Shown here: piece after piece, positions 31,444-56,040 of the stretch
Position numbering within the stretch: position 1 is the first letter of the stretch
Layout: each line of letters starts with the position of its first letter
Assembly (NCBI RefSeq): GCF_009914755.1
Contig: NC_060935.1
Direction: 5' to 3' (one strand)
Length of the DNA: 64,000 nt
Source of the DNA: the human T2T-CHM13v2.0 reference genome, Homo sapiens
The notes under the pieces: model-generated
The model's database searches: none
The model's input: the letters and a program-made list of their open reading frames with translations, nothing else
What the model was told of the DNA's origin: nothing
Translations under genes and position numbers: made by a program

Positions 31444-32705
31444 TAAAGGGTATTCAAATAGGAAGAGAGGAAGTCCATGTGGAGAAATTGGAACACTTTT
31501 ACACTGTTGGTGGGAGTATAAATTAGTTCAATGATTGTGGAAGATGGTGTGGCGATTCTTCAAGTATCTAGAACCAGAAATACCATTTGACCCAGCAATC
31601 CCATTACTGGGCATATACCCAAAGGATTATACATCATGCTACTATAAAGACACATGCGCATGTATGTTTATTGCAGCCCTGTTCACAATAGCAAAGACTT
31701 GGAACCAACCCAAATGCCCATCAGTGGTAGACTGGGTAAAGAAAGTGTGGCACGTATACACCATGGAATACTACGCAGCCATAAAAGAGGATGATTTCAT
31801 GTCCTTTGCGGGGACATGCATGAAGCTGGAAACCATCATTCTTGGCAAACTAACACAGGAACAGAAAACCAAACACCACATATTCTCACTCATAAGTGGG
31901 AGTTGAACAATGAGAACACATGGACACAGGGAGGGGAACATCACACGCTGGGGCCTGTTGGCGGGTGGGGGGCAAGGGGAGGGATAGCATTAGGAGAAAT
32001 AACTAAGGTAGATGACAGGTTGTTGGGTGCAGCAAAGCACCATGGCACGTGTATACTTATGTGACAAACCTGCATGTTCTGCACATCTATCCCAGAACTT
32101 AAAATATAATAAAAAAATGCTTTCTTGAACAGCATACTAACAGCAGTGAACAGAGGCATGAGTGTGGATGATTTTCAAAAAGAGTTTAACATGACGGATG
32201 CCGTATATGCTGTTGCCAATGCTTGGAACATAGTATCTAAAGACACAGTTGTGCATGTCTGGCACAACCTCTGGCCTGGGACTATGTTTAGTGATGATGA
32301 TCAAAGTAGTGACTTTGAAGGATCTTGTATGTCAAATGAGAAAAAAATGATCTCTGACCTCTCCTCCTTACATTTGCAAAAAAATATACCTTCAGAGTCT
32401 GTCTGGAAGGTGGGTGAAGTGGATATTTAAGAAGTTTTTAACGTCCATAATGAGGCTCCAGTTACTCCAGTTGACTGATAGTGAAATAGCCAAAATGGTT
32501 CTGAATCAAGGTGGTCATAATAGTGATGATGAAGATGACATTAACACTGCAGAAAAAAGTCCTATACATGACATGGTGAAAATGTGTGATGATCTTACTG
32601 AAGGACTAGAGCAGTGTTCATTTATAACAGAATAACAAATCATGTCAGTTTATACAATCAGAGAGAAAATTCTAAAGCAAAAACTGTTGTTAATAAGACA
32701 GATGA

Positions 32706-33007
<302 letters not shown>

Positions 33008-33893
33008 TTATTACCTAAAAACAAACACAGAAACAAAAAACAGGATACAGTAGCCTTTTAATCAAAACACAATATCATAGGTATAGACTGAAAGCCTGTC
33101 TTCATTTGTTCTTGCTCTTGTTTAACAGCTGATACAAGTATTCTGGTGATACTACTGTGCTGCTAGGTTACCCAGAACATATTATTTTTTAACGGTATCA
33201 GTAGTAGGTAATATTTTTTACTGTTAGATACTTATGTGTAAGTAAGTGTAAGAAAATAATTGCTTATCAGTAGCATACAAGTTCAAAGTTAGGAATGGTG
33301 GTGATACCTAACAACCGCAGATCGTCCACATGGGTGCCCAAGATAGTGACACCTTTGCTTTCTGATGGTTCAGTGTATACAAACTTTGCACAAAATTATT
33401 TAAAATATTTTATAAAGTTTATCTTCAGGCTGTGTATAAGGTTTATGTGAAACAAATGAATTTCATGTTTCGACTTGGGTCACATCCCCGAGGTACCTCG
33501 TTATGCCTATGGAGATATTCCCAAATCTGGAAAAGATTCAAAATATGAAACACTTATGATCCCAAAGATTTTGGATAAGTGATACTCAAACTTTATATCA
33601 TTTTACACCTGATTTTTTTCTTTAATATCTATGAGTATGACACAAAACACAGGTAATGTTTTTAACATTTATGCATTATCTTTCCCCTTCACTTACATGA
33701 CTTTTTAAAAAATGTTCTTTGAACTTCATATTTCTCTAAGGCTCGTGTTAAAAACTCTGAGTATTTCATATTTATTCAAAATTACCAATGTAGCCTGAAC
33801 TACAGTTCTTCCAAACATGGATTAATGTCTTTGTTTCAGTGATATTCACAGTAGCCCATTTTTTTGTGTGTATTTAAATGTTTCATAAATTTA

Positions 33894-34190
33894 GGCTGGG
33901 TGCATTGGCTCATGCCTGTAATCCCAACACTTTGGGAGGCCAAAGAGGGAGGGTTGTTTGAAGCTAGGAGTTCAACATCAGCCTGGGCAACGTAGCATGA
34001 CCTCATCTCTACAAAAAATGCAAAAATTAGCCAGGCGTGGTGGTGTACACCTGTAATCGTAGCTACTCGGGAAGCCTGAGTCAGGAGGATTGCTTGAGCC
34101 CAGGATTTGGAGGCTGCATTGAGCTATGATTGTGCCACTGCACTCTAGCATGGGCATTAAAAGAAGACTGTCTCAAAAACAAAAACAAAG
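33894..34190 (+). mobile_element. Alu (J-like)
   Basis: GGAGGATTGCTTGAGCCCAGG..GAGCTATGATT. Confidence 0.88.
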
Positions 34191-35311
34191 TTTAATAAAG
34201 TTATTGTTACAGAGCCCATGGATTATTTATGCTATTTTTTTTTGTTTTTTTTTTTATTTTTTAGCTGGATCTGGAGATTCTTATATGGATTGTTAATATC
34301 CAAACTTACTTGCAAAATACGATGTGATTGAATGAATATCTTTACATAAATCTGCATTGATCAAGTGATTGGTTTTTCACAATAAAATTTATTATCTCAC
34401 AAAACCAGAAGTCCAGAAGGGAGGCTCAAGTTAGGCATTAGCTCATTTGAGCCATCAAGGAATTTCTTTTCACCTTTCTCTTTGCTTTTCTTGGTAATTC
34501 TTGGGTAACTCTTGGGGCTTTTTTCTTGGGTAATTCTCATCCTGGGCAAGTTGAGTACATTTCAGGTTCTACATCTAGCTGTGACAATGTCAGAGAAAAA
34601 AGAGAGAATCCCCTTCTGTGGGTCTGTCTTAGGAAAGAAAAAATCTTTCCTAGAAGTCTTCCATGAGATTCTCCTTATATTATGCTGGCCACAACTGTGT
34701 CATATGTCCTACCTAAACTAGTTCTTTGCAAAAGTAATGGGGCCACCATGACTGGCTTAGATCAATTAGGAATTGCCTGTATGGCTGGCTTAGGGCCAGC
34801 CCTCTGAAAGTACATGCCAATGCCTTGTGGATTCTTCAGGAAAGACAACAGATTCTATTAGAAAAGAGGAGGGCAGAGGAGAAAGGAAATTAGGACAGGC
34901 AACCAAGAGTGTATGCTGCATTCGATTATTTAATAAATGGTTTTAGAATAATTGACTTTTCATTTGGTTCTGTGCATGTCCATGTTACTTGGTTGATGGA
35001 CTTGATCAGATTCTTCTTGTTTTCTTTTTTTTTTTTTTTTTGGTCTACTTGTTATGTCAGTTACTGAAAGGGAAGTGTAAAAGTCTGTAGCTATATTTGT
35101 GGCTTTGTACATTTCTCCCTTTAATTCTGTCAGTTTTTATACACACACACTTAGGATTATTGTGTCTTCTTGATGGATTAACCCCCTTTTCATTATGAAC
35201 CATTCCTTTTTATCTCTGGTAACCCTTGATGTTATCACCAGTGTTTCCATGTCTGTCTTTTCTGATGTTAATATAGCCACTCCAACTTTCTTATGATTAC
35301 TGTTTGCTTGA

Positions 35312-35613
<302 letters not shown>

Positions 35614-35965
35614 TACTTGATGTATCTTTTTTTCATTATTGTATTCTTAACCCATCTGTGCCTTTGTATTTAAAATATATCTCTTATGAACATTGTATAG
35701 TTAGGTCTTTTCTCTCAGTCTGATAATCTCTGACCTTTAATTGGAAGGTGTAGTCCATTTACATTTAATATTAATTATCGGTAGGATTGAGTTTAAGTCT
35801 GTCATCTTGACAATTGTTTTTATTTGTCTCATATGTTCCTTGTTCCTTTTGGTCTCTTTTCCAGTCTTCTTTTATTTATTTATTTTTATTGATTTTTTTT
35901 TTAAGGATTCCATTTTATTTCCTCGACTCGGTAGCTACACTTAAAAAAAAATAGTTGCTCTAGAG

Positions 35966-36178
35966 TAGGGTTCTCAACCTCCACATTGTTGACATTCTTG
36001 ACCAGATAATTTTTTGTTCTTGAAGTTGACCTGTGCATTATAAACCTGACTATCCACTAGGTGCCAGTAGCATATGCCCCCCGACCCCTGTTATGAAAAT
36101 AAAAAATGTCTCCAGTGATTGTCAGATATCCTGTGGGATGACGAGAGGCGGAAAAATTACTATTGGTTGAGAATCTAG
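35966..36178. mobile_element. MER20 (hAT-Charlie MITE)
   Basis: Termini GGTTCTCAACC / GGTTGAGAATC; 8-bp TSD CTCTAGAG / CTTTAGAG; AAAAATGTCTCCAG core. Confidence 0.75.
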
Positions 36179-36559
36179 CTTTAGAGCTTACAGTATGCAT
36201 TTTCAATTTATAACAGTCTACCTTGAAATAATATACTATTTCATGTATTGTGTTAGAATCTTAAAAGAGTACTTCTATTTCCTCTCTCCCTTCCTTGTGC
36301 TATGGTTGTCATACACTTTAATTCTATATGTATTTATAAACTTCACATTGCCTTGTTAATCTTTTTGCTTCAAACTGGTGATTTTCTTTTAAAGAAATTA
36401 CAAAAGAGGGGAAAACATGTCTTTTAGGTGTACCAGGTTCATCTTATACTTTTCCTATTCCAGCCTTGGAATCAGTCATTTTTTCAAGAAGTCTTGGTTT
36501 CTTATAGTAGAAAGTAATAATTAGAAGCTAAGATCTGGGTTCTGGATATGTTCATTGCT

Positions 36560-36562
<3 letters not shown>

Positions 36563-36590
<28 letters not shown>
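36563..36590. repeat. (GT)14 microsatellite
   Basis: Direct reading. Confidence 0.95.
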
Positions 36591-36593
<3 letters not shown>

Positions 36594-36870
36594 CACATGT
36601 ACATCTGTATTTTCATATATTAAAAGCTGAGTTCATAGTGATACATCCAATTTCAATCAAACATTGCATGTTAACTTGTTTCCTCTCTCTCTGATAGTGA
36701 AAAACCTAACTTCTATTATCTCGAATATACTTATATATCAGTTTCCTGATATGTAACCAAATAATAGTTGCTCCTCCCCTATGCTGTTGTTGCCTCCTCC
36801 CCTGTGCAGGTGCTGTCCTCATTCCTTTCAGGCTCTGACATCTGCATACTCTTACCTCAGCTCAGCTGAT

Positions 36871-37190
36871 TTCTTCTTCTTTTTTCTTTTTTTTTTTTTT
36901 TTTTAAGAGATAGGGGTCTTACTCTGGCACCTAAGCTGGAGTATAGTGGCATGATCATGGCTCACTGTAGTCTCTAACTCCTATGCTCAAGGGATCCTCC
37001 TACCTCAGCCTCCTGAGTAGCTGGGACTACAGGTGTGTGCTGCCATGCCCGGCTTTTTTTGTTTTTTGTTTGTAGAGACAGGGTCTTGCTATGTTGACCA
37101 GGGTGCTCTTGAACTCCTGACCTCAAGTGGTCCTCCTGCCTAGCCTCCCAAAGTGCTGAGATTATAGGCATGAGCCACTGTGTCCAGCCC
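36871..37190 (-). mobile_element. Alu (J-like), antisense
   Basis: Long poly-T plus diverged dimer. Confidence 0.9.
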
Positions 37191-37900
37191 CGCCTGAGTT
37201 CTGACACCTTCCCTCAGCTACCCCTTTGCATGGATGCCTATCTCAACCTGGTCAGCTCTGACAGCCATGCCAGGGCCAGGTGGCCCTCCTAGGCAGAAGC
37301 CCTCACCCAGTTTGGACTCTGTACTCACCCTAGCCACCGTTTCCTACGGATACCCTGCTGAAGCTTTGAGATCCTGCGCTAGGTAGCTCACACCGTGGAA
37401 GCCCACTTTATCCCACTTAGGTTCTAACTTTACATGCTGGGTTATCCCGTGAACTCTTCTCAGTGTAGATGCTCTCCTCCTCCTACTCTGGCTCCCATGG
37501 TAAGCCAGTCTCCAGAGTGAACTCTGTCACCTCATGCTAGACTACTCTTCTGCTTAGCTGCCTAGCTGTCCATCCTGCTTTATACCACCAGATGGCTTTT
37601 GTATGGAATTGTTTGGGTAGCTAAGGGGGATGGAAGAGGAAGAAGACCTTGTAGTTGTTAACACGAAACATTTATTAGTTTGTAATGATAGACTCGTGTG
37701 ATCATTTGATTGTCTTCTCTGACCTTTCTCAGGGTAGGGACTGTTCCATGGATACCAAATAGTTTCCCCAGGATCTAGCATAAAGTATGTACTCAAGTTT
37801 TTATTGAATAAATAAATATTCAGAAAGATTAAGTACTTTAATCAGGTCATACAGCTATTATGTTTTTATGTGTTGAAGACATGGATTTAAATACACTTCT

Positions 37901-38200
37901 GGCTGGGCGCAGTGGCTCATGCCTATAATCCCAGCACTTTGGGAGGCCAAGACCAGTGGATCACTTGAGGTCAGGAGTTTGAGAGCAGCCTGGCCAACAT
38001 GGTGAAACCTCTACTCGACTAAAAATACAAAAATTAGCCATGCATGGTGGTGCGTGCCTCTAATCCCAGCTGATCGGGAGTCTGAGGCAGGAGAATCGCT
38101 TGAACCGGGAGGCAGAGGTTGCAGTGAGTTGAGATCACGCCACTGCACTCCAGCCTGGGCCACAGAGCGAGACTCCATCTCATAAATAAATAAATAAATA
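37901..38200 (+). mobile_element. Alu (S-type), TSD AAATACA(C/A)TTCT
   Basis: Dimer with (TAAA)n tail. Confidence 0.92.
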
Positions 38201-38289
38201 CAATTCTCTGATTACAAAAATAAATACAAGCATCCTGAATGCTTTCACATCAGATACTTTTCCTGTACAAAAGTATGTGGAAATCACAG

Positions 38290-40035
38290 TGATGGCAGCG
38301 GTGGCCCATCTGGTAGCTGCTGCAGAGATGCTGCAGTGGGGGAGGCATCGCCAGGGCTGCCCATTCCACAGAGCCCGCAGGGAGCCAGGAACAGATAGGA
38401 ACCCTACTCTCTTCTGAGTTGGCAGGGCAGGAGCCCCGCCCTCCTGGGTGCAGCTCCAGTGGGTGCAGTGGACTCCAGGTGAAGTCCTCAGACTTAGAAC
38501 CTAAGTGTGGGATAAAGTGGGCTTCCATGAGTGTGAGCTACCTAGCACACACTCAGGTGGAGTGAGAAGTTAACAGGGCTTTTTCTGGCCCGCCTGTGGC
38601 CACCCATGAACCAATCAGCATGCACTTCCTCCCTGCTGAGCCCATGAAAACCCTGGACTTAGCCAGACTCCAACAGACTGGGGAAAACCTGCCTGTGGAA
38701 AGGAGCTACCCGCTGTGGGTCTCCTCCCCACGCAGACCTGGGCATCCGTGTGCTCTCAGGGGCCAGGGAAGCCCCCCCTTCCCTTGCAGTCTCCGAAGTG
38801 CCTGCTCCTGCTGCCTGGCCTCTCCCCGCTCCTGCTGTCTGCTCCGGTTTCAGAGCAAAGTTGAGGCCTAGCCTGGGTGCTGTTGCCACCCAGCTGGGTG
38901 CACACCACTTGGGGTGGCACTGACGTGCCAGCCCCCTGCCGCCTGAACCGCCCCCACCCCCAGACTTTGGGTGCCAATGAGCACGGGAAGGAGGCCAAAG
39001 GGGGTCGAGGGTGGGTTGATAAGGGCCTGCAGGCGCCCCTTCCCCAAACAGCCTGGGCTCTGTGATTGATGGCAGCAGGAGGCAGACAGGCTCGTGAGTG
39101 CAAAGGGGTGGGTCCCGGTGAGGTCCCACCCTCAAACCAGGGATGGCCTGAAGCATGGGGTCTGGGCTGTCAGTTCCAGGTGGAGTCGAGACTGGAGTGA
39201 GAAGTTACAGGGCTTTTTCCGGTCCATTGGCCGCCCATGGACCAATTAGCATGCACTTTCTCCCTTCTGAACCCATGAAAACCCCTGACACAGCCAGACT
39301 CCAACAGACGTGGGGAAGATCTGCCTGTGGAAAGGAGCTACCCACTGTGGGTCTTCTCTCAGCTGAAAGCTGAACACTCGTTCAGGAGACCTTCTTGTAG
39401 AAAGGAGCTACTCGCTTCGGATCTCTTGAGAGCTGTTCTGTTGCTCAGTGAAGCTCCTCTCCGCCTTGCTTACCATCCAGTTGTCCGAGTACTTCATTCT
39501 TCCTGGATGCGAGACAAGAACTGGAGACCCGCCAAATGCCGGGACTGAAAGAGCTGTAACACAAACAGGGCTGAAACATGTTCCCCTGCTCCCCATGTTA
39601 CCAGTGACAGGAGAGAAGAGCTGCAGCCCTTGGGGGAGCCCAGACCTAGGGGCTCCCCAAGCCTGGGCTCTGACACCCTCTTAGGGACTCTGTGGTTCTG
39701 GTGTCTCCAAGCTTTCGGGCGCCACTGTGTTCTCGTTCAGATGCGGATGCCCGCAGCAGAAGCTGTGTGCGGTACATCTGGTCCAGCCGCAGCCTCGCAT
39801 GGAGCTTGGCATCTCTGCCAGTGCCTGGAGCTGCCCGCCCCACTGCAGCAGCTGGCATCTGTGCCTGGCTCACTGTTGACAGGTGTGGGATCCGGGCCGG
39901 TAGCACGAGCCAAGCACCGCCTGCAGGGACAAGTGGACAGAATGAGCCCAGTGGGCAAGCAATACTCAGGTAGAAGGTGCCGCCGGCCACAGACGTTTCT
40001 GGCTGGTGAAGTGACACCCCAGAGATCCCGTGACA
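38290..40035 (+). mobile_element. MER52-like ERV1 solo LTR (GC-rich)
   Basis: TGATGGCAGCGG...GATCCCGTGACA (TG..CA termini); 4-bp TSD ACAG / ATAG; GC box and CCAAT boxes; sharp rise in GC content. Confidence 0.8.
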
Positions 40036-40299
40036 ATAGTTTAGTTAGGGAGTTACCCATGTACATGATTATCTTCATTTAATATAAGACCATACATTAT
40101 GAGTGCCATATAAAGTTTAATGCTTTAGGTAGTATAAAAATATCTTTCACTTGGATAACTTTATACTCATTGAGTCATAAAATGTTGGCACTGAAAGAGG
40201 CTCCAGAGATAGTCTAGTTCAGCACAACCAAGCAATACAGAACATACATGTTACTAGTATTCAGGAAGGAGTGGGGAACTATGTAAGTAATGGAAGTAA

Positions 40300-40752
<453 letters not shown>

Positions 40753-41903
40753 TGATTGATCTTGATCTGCACAACAGCTCTTAGAGACACAGGGCAAGGA
40801 AAAATTCAACAAGTGAGGATGCTGAGGTCTAGAGAGTCATAGCGACTTCTCAAGTTTTATCCTCCATCTTTATCATTCTCTAGAGACATTTTACATAAGA
40901 ACGTGATATTATTTAAAACCTTTTCTGTAATACAGTGTATTTGTCATGGTGAGGATGTGGTAGAGAAAGGTGTGAAAAAACATCCTAAGTACTTGAGAAT
41001 TAGGCTATTAGTTTCTTTTTATTGTATCAGCAGTGCTTAAAAAGTTAATATGATGAGTTATATTCCAGGTTCTCTCAGTTAGGAATATTAACTTATTGAT
41101 AGATAATAGTCCTTTTAGATAGTTGATGAATTCAGAAAAATTACAGATGAAAAACCTGCGAGAGGGAAGAATATCTGAAACTCATACATCTTTAGTGAAA
41201 GTTACTAGTACTCCTTACCTATGTGTGCTTGCTAATATTAGAATCCCACTGAAAAGAACCTCATATAATCAGAATCTTTTTGCTGTGGATATGTTGAGTA
41301 TGCCCATTTACAACTTTTCATATGATTATTTAATGATTCAGAGTTCTTAGGAAATGACTTTTTCTGTTTTTATTAAAATTTTTTTTCCTCTTCACCATTC
41401 TCAGAGAAAAGGGAATTATCTTGTTCAAAAGATGAATGTGAGTTATTTCAAGGATACTATGTTTAAACTGGCTGATTAGAACCTGAAAAATAATATTTGA
41501 AAAATATATAACATATAAATAAGATTCAAAAATTAATAAAATCGCTTTGTTCTTATATTATTCACATTGAGAACCTACATTTTCTAATAGAAAATCTGTT
41601 AAGAGACAGGTCTGGGAACATCCTGTCTGATAATTTGTTTCTTTCATTCTCACTCTTCACCAAGGGAAAATCAGTTCATTTTTAAAATCTGAGAACAATG
41701 GTTACCTCCCTTGAAGAGTTTGAAGACTAGATATCAGATATGTAAGGTGCCACACATTTTATCTGACACTTACTAGGTGCTCAATAAATTGTACTTTTTG
41801 TTGATTTCCCTATTCTTTAAACTATTATCTACTATAATAACCAGAAGTAACTTTAATTTTGCTTTCCTATCAAATTCTCTTTTCCCTTACTCCTTTTCTA
41901 CAG

Positions 41904-42158
41904 GTGTATCTACATCAGCAATCAAAATGGCATCAACCAGACTTCCTTCCCCCAAAAGCTTAGTGAGTGCCCCAACTCAGATTCTTGCACAGTTCCCTAA
42001 ACAACATCAACAGTCTCCTAAGCAGCAGTTATATCAAGTGCAACAGCAGACACAGCAACAAGTGGCCCAGCCTTCTCCAGTATCTCATCAGCAACAGCCT
42101 CAGCAGTCTCCTTTGCCACCTGGTATTAAACCTACCATCCAAATCAAACAGGAGTCAG
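41904..42158 (+). CDS. EMSY: EMSY exon GVSTSAIKMASTRLPSP...IQIKQES (Gln/Pro-rich)
   Basis: TTTCTACAG| acceptor and TCAG|GTAACT donor; 255 nt, phase 1-1. Confidence 0.96.
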
Positions 42159-42211
42159 GTAACTGGAAAATGTTTATAAGATATGGTAATTCTTCTTTAT
42201 TCACCAGTTTT

Positions 42212-45520
<3,309 letters not shown>

Positions 45521-45526
45521 CCATGT

Positions 45527-45800
45527 GAGGCCAGGAGTTTGAGACCAGCCTGGGCAATATAACAAGACCTCTGCCCTTTTGTAGAGACCATTTTTTGGTC
45601 TCTACAAAAAATTTAAAAATTAGCTAGAAATGGTGGCATGTGCCTGTACTCCTAGGTACTTGGGAGGGAGCAGGAGGATTGCTTGAGCCCAGAAGTTTGA
45701 GGTTGCAGTGAGCTATGATTAAACCACTGCACTCCAGCGTGGGCTACAGAGTGAGAGCCTATCTCAAAAAAAAAAAAAAACCAAACCCAAAACAATAAAA
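45527..45800 (+). mobile_element. 5'-truncated AluJ-like element with a hairpin insertion
   Basis: GAGGCCAGGAGTTTGAGACC...GGATTGCTTGAGCCC...A tail. Confidence 0.85.
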
Positions 45801-46602
45801 AAAATACTTATGTCGCCTATCACATTTGACCTTTTCACTGCAAATTACTCTATATTTGAAATAATTTTATCTTTCTAGTAAAAAAGGGAGATTTCACCAT
45901 ATCTAATGTTACTTAATATAATACTTAATGTTACTTAATGTTAATATAATACTTAATGTTACTGGCTCAGAGACTTTGCCAAAGGATAGAAATAATTCAT
46001 AAAACAGATAGCTCCTAATCTCTTCCCAAAGGAACTAACTCCATTTATACCAGAGCATGGAGAAGTTCAAGACTAAGGGCATTCTCAAGAACAGTGAAGG
46101 AAGTGGTGAAAGGCAACCAGAAGGAGATTCATGGATGTAATGAACATATAGTCTAGACTGCAGACAGTTTATAGAGAAGAAGCAGATAATATAAAAGCTG
46201 GGAAGAGCCTTCATGAGGTTAGAAGAAATATCAAAAATGAACCCCAGAAACTGTTCCTTCAAAGGAGCCAAAATTCGGATTACAGAGTAATGTATGCTCC
46301 AAAGCTTTCCTGAAAACAACAGAGTAATCAACCAGCAGTTAATAGAGTTTAACAGCTGGGTGTCGTCAAGGAAAGAATAGAAAAAAGCCAAACTAATACC
46401 ACTGTCATCCCAAAGTGACTGTAAGTATACCCAGAGCAGTGTCTCCATGAGGAATAATATCAGATGCTTAGATGAAGGAGCATGGGCTGGAGAGGGAATA
46501 AAAAGACTTCACTAAAATAACTGATCCCATCACTAAACAAATAACTATGCAAATAACAATAACAAATCCCTGGTGAGGGGAAACCAGTACCCAGGTACTG
46601 CA

Positions 46603-46918
46603 TGGTCATCCCTCAGTATCCGTGGAAGATTGCTTCCAGGACCCTGTTGATACTCAAATCTGTGGATGTTCCAGTCCTTTATAAAAAATGGTGTAGTATT
46701 TATGAAACCTATGCACACCCTCCTGTATACTTTAAATCATCTCTAGATTACCTATAATACCTAATACAATGTAAATGCTATGTAGCTGTTATACTATATT
46801 GTTTCTGTACTTGTATTATTTTTTACTGTTGTATTATTATTTTTGTTGTCTTTTTCCTAAATATTTTTGATCCATGGTTGCTTGAATCTGAAGATGTAGA
46901 AGTTACAGAGGGCTGTAT
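46603..46918. mobile_element. MER2 (TcMar-Tigger MITE)
   Basis: GTCATCCCTCAGTATCCGTGG...TACTTTAAATCATCTCTAGATTACC..ATAATACCTAATACAATGTAAATGC. Confidence 0.78.
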
Positions 46919-46949
46919 GTATATTATCTAAAATGTCTAATTTCTAACA

Positions 46950-51144
<4,195 letters not shown>

Positions 51145-51265
51145 TTGTAAAACTATAAAAATATACAATAGCGTGATAAATACCATATTCCAGATAGTGG
51201 CTCTGGGGATGTGGAGAGAAGAATAGTGGTATTACTTCATAGAAAATAATCTAAAAGAAATATGG

Positions 51266-51868
<603 letters not shown>

Positions 51869-52660
51869 TCAAAATTCTTTCTTGGAAATACACATAATGC
51901 TCAAAGAAAAACCTGGCAAACCCTGCACACAAAAAAGAAAATTACAGACTGAAATCACATTTGGTTATCAATATATTGTATTGTCTAACATCATACCAGT
52001 TTAAATTCCAAAAGACTTAAATACAAAAATTATAAACTGTGATGGAAAATCTGGAAGCATTAAAGACCACACTGATAAATTCAACTACATATAAACAAAT
52101 AGTGTTTTGCACAGAAAACCCCATGAAGTCAAAAGACAAATAAACTGGAAAAAAATCTGCAAATCATGAAATGCACAGAATACCAATTATTCTGACAGTG
52201 TAAGAATTCCCAGAAATTGATCCAACAGGAAAGTGGAAAATGGATACAGATAGCACACAAAAAGTGAATTACAAAGGGCACTAAAACATATAAATAGTTT
52301 CTCAAACTCACTCTTAATAAGGGAAATGAAAAATGAAAAAAATACTGAGATAACATCCACCCGCCCCTATCACATTGGCAAAAATCCAACTGCTTGAAAA
52401 TATACTGGTGGGAAGGGGGCACTGTGAGGAAGCTGGGACTCGTACATTACTGGTAGGAAAATAAATCGAAAATCCCGATAAGATGAAAACTTGGCAGTAT
52501 CTGTCAAAACTGACATAGCAGTCATACTTCTGGAAATTTATCCTACAGATACACATACAAAATGACACTATATAGGCTTATTCACTGCATTTTGTTTGAA
52601 TTTTAAAAAAAGAAAGACTGGAAACAACCTTACAGGGGATTCATTACATAAATTACGATT

Positions 52661-55278
<2,618 letters not shown>

Positions 55279-55600
55279 TATCACTGTAGAATGAAGAAGC
55301 AATTTAATTTTATGTACTGACTATATTAAAAAGATCTCTAAGATACATTGTTAAAGGTGGGGGGGAAAGCAAGGTGCATGTGTTATGTTTTACAAGTGTG
55401 TAAAGAGGGGAGGTATAAGAATCCATATTTAAATTTTCTTGTATTTGTGGAGACTCTGACAATATATAAGAAACTAAGCTTTTGTTAATGGCAAGGGAGA
55501 ACTAGACAGAGGACAAGGAAAGAGGACAAGTTATTCACTCTAACTTTTTATACTGGTCAGTTTTTAATGAATGCTTTCTCTATTCAAAAAAATAAAATAT

Positions 55601-56040
55601 AGACCAGGTGCAGTGGCTCATGCCTATAATCTCAGTGCTTTGGGATTCTGAGATGGGAGAATTGCTTTAGCTCAGGAGTTCAAGGTTACAGTCATCATGC
55701 CACCGCACTTCAGCCTGGGTGACAGAACAAGACGCTGTCTCTAATAAAAAAATTAATAAACTGGCTGTGTTTGGTGGCTCATGCCTGTAATCCCAGATCT
55801 TTGGGAGGCCAAGGCAGGGGGACTGCTTGAAGCCAGAGTTCAAGATCACCCTGGACTATAAAGCAAGACCCTATCTCTACAAAAATAGTAAAATTAGCTG
55901 AGTGTGGTGGCATATGCTTGTATTCCCAGCTACTCTGAAGGTTGGGGCAAGAGGATTGCTTGAGCCTAGAAGATCAAGGCAGTGAGCCATGATCACACCA
56001 TTGCACTCTACCTTGGGTGACACAGCAAGACCTTGCCTAA
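55601..56040 (+). mobile_element. Alu monomer (FLAM-like, 55601-55755) plus AluJ-like dimer (55763-56040)
   Basis: Diverged Alu motifs. Confidence 0.8.

Noticed and set aside
38250-40082. Dense overlapping ORFs and a possible CpG-island gene
   Set aside because: Explained by the stop-poor, GC-rich LTR bounded by TG..CA and a TSD
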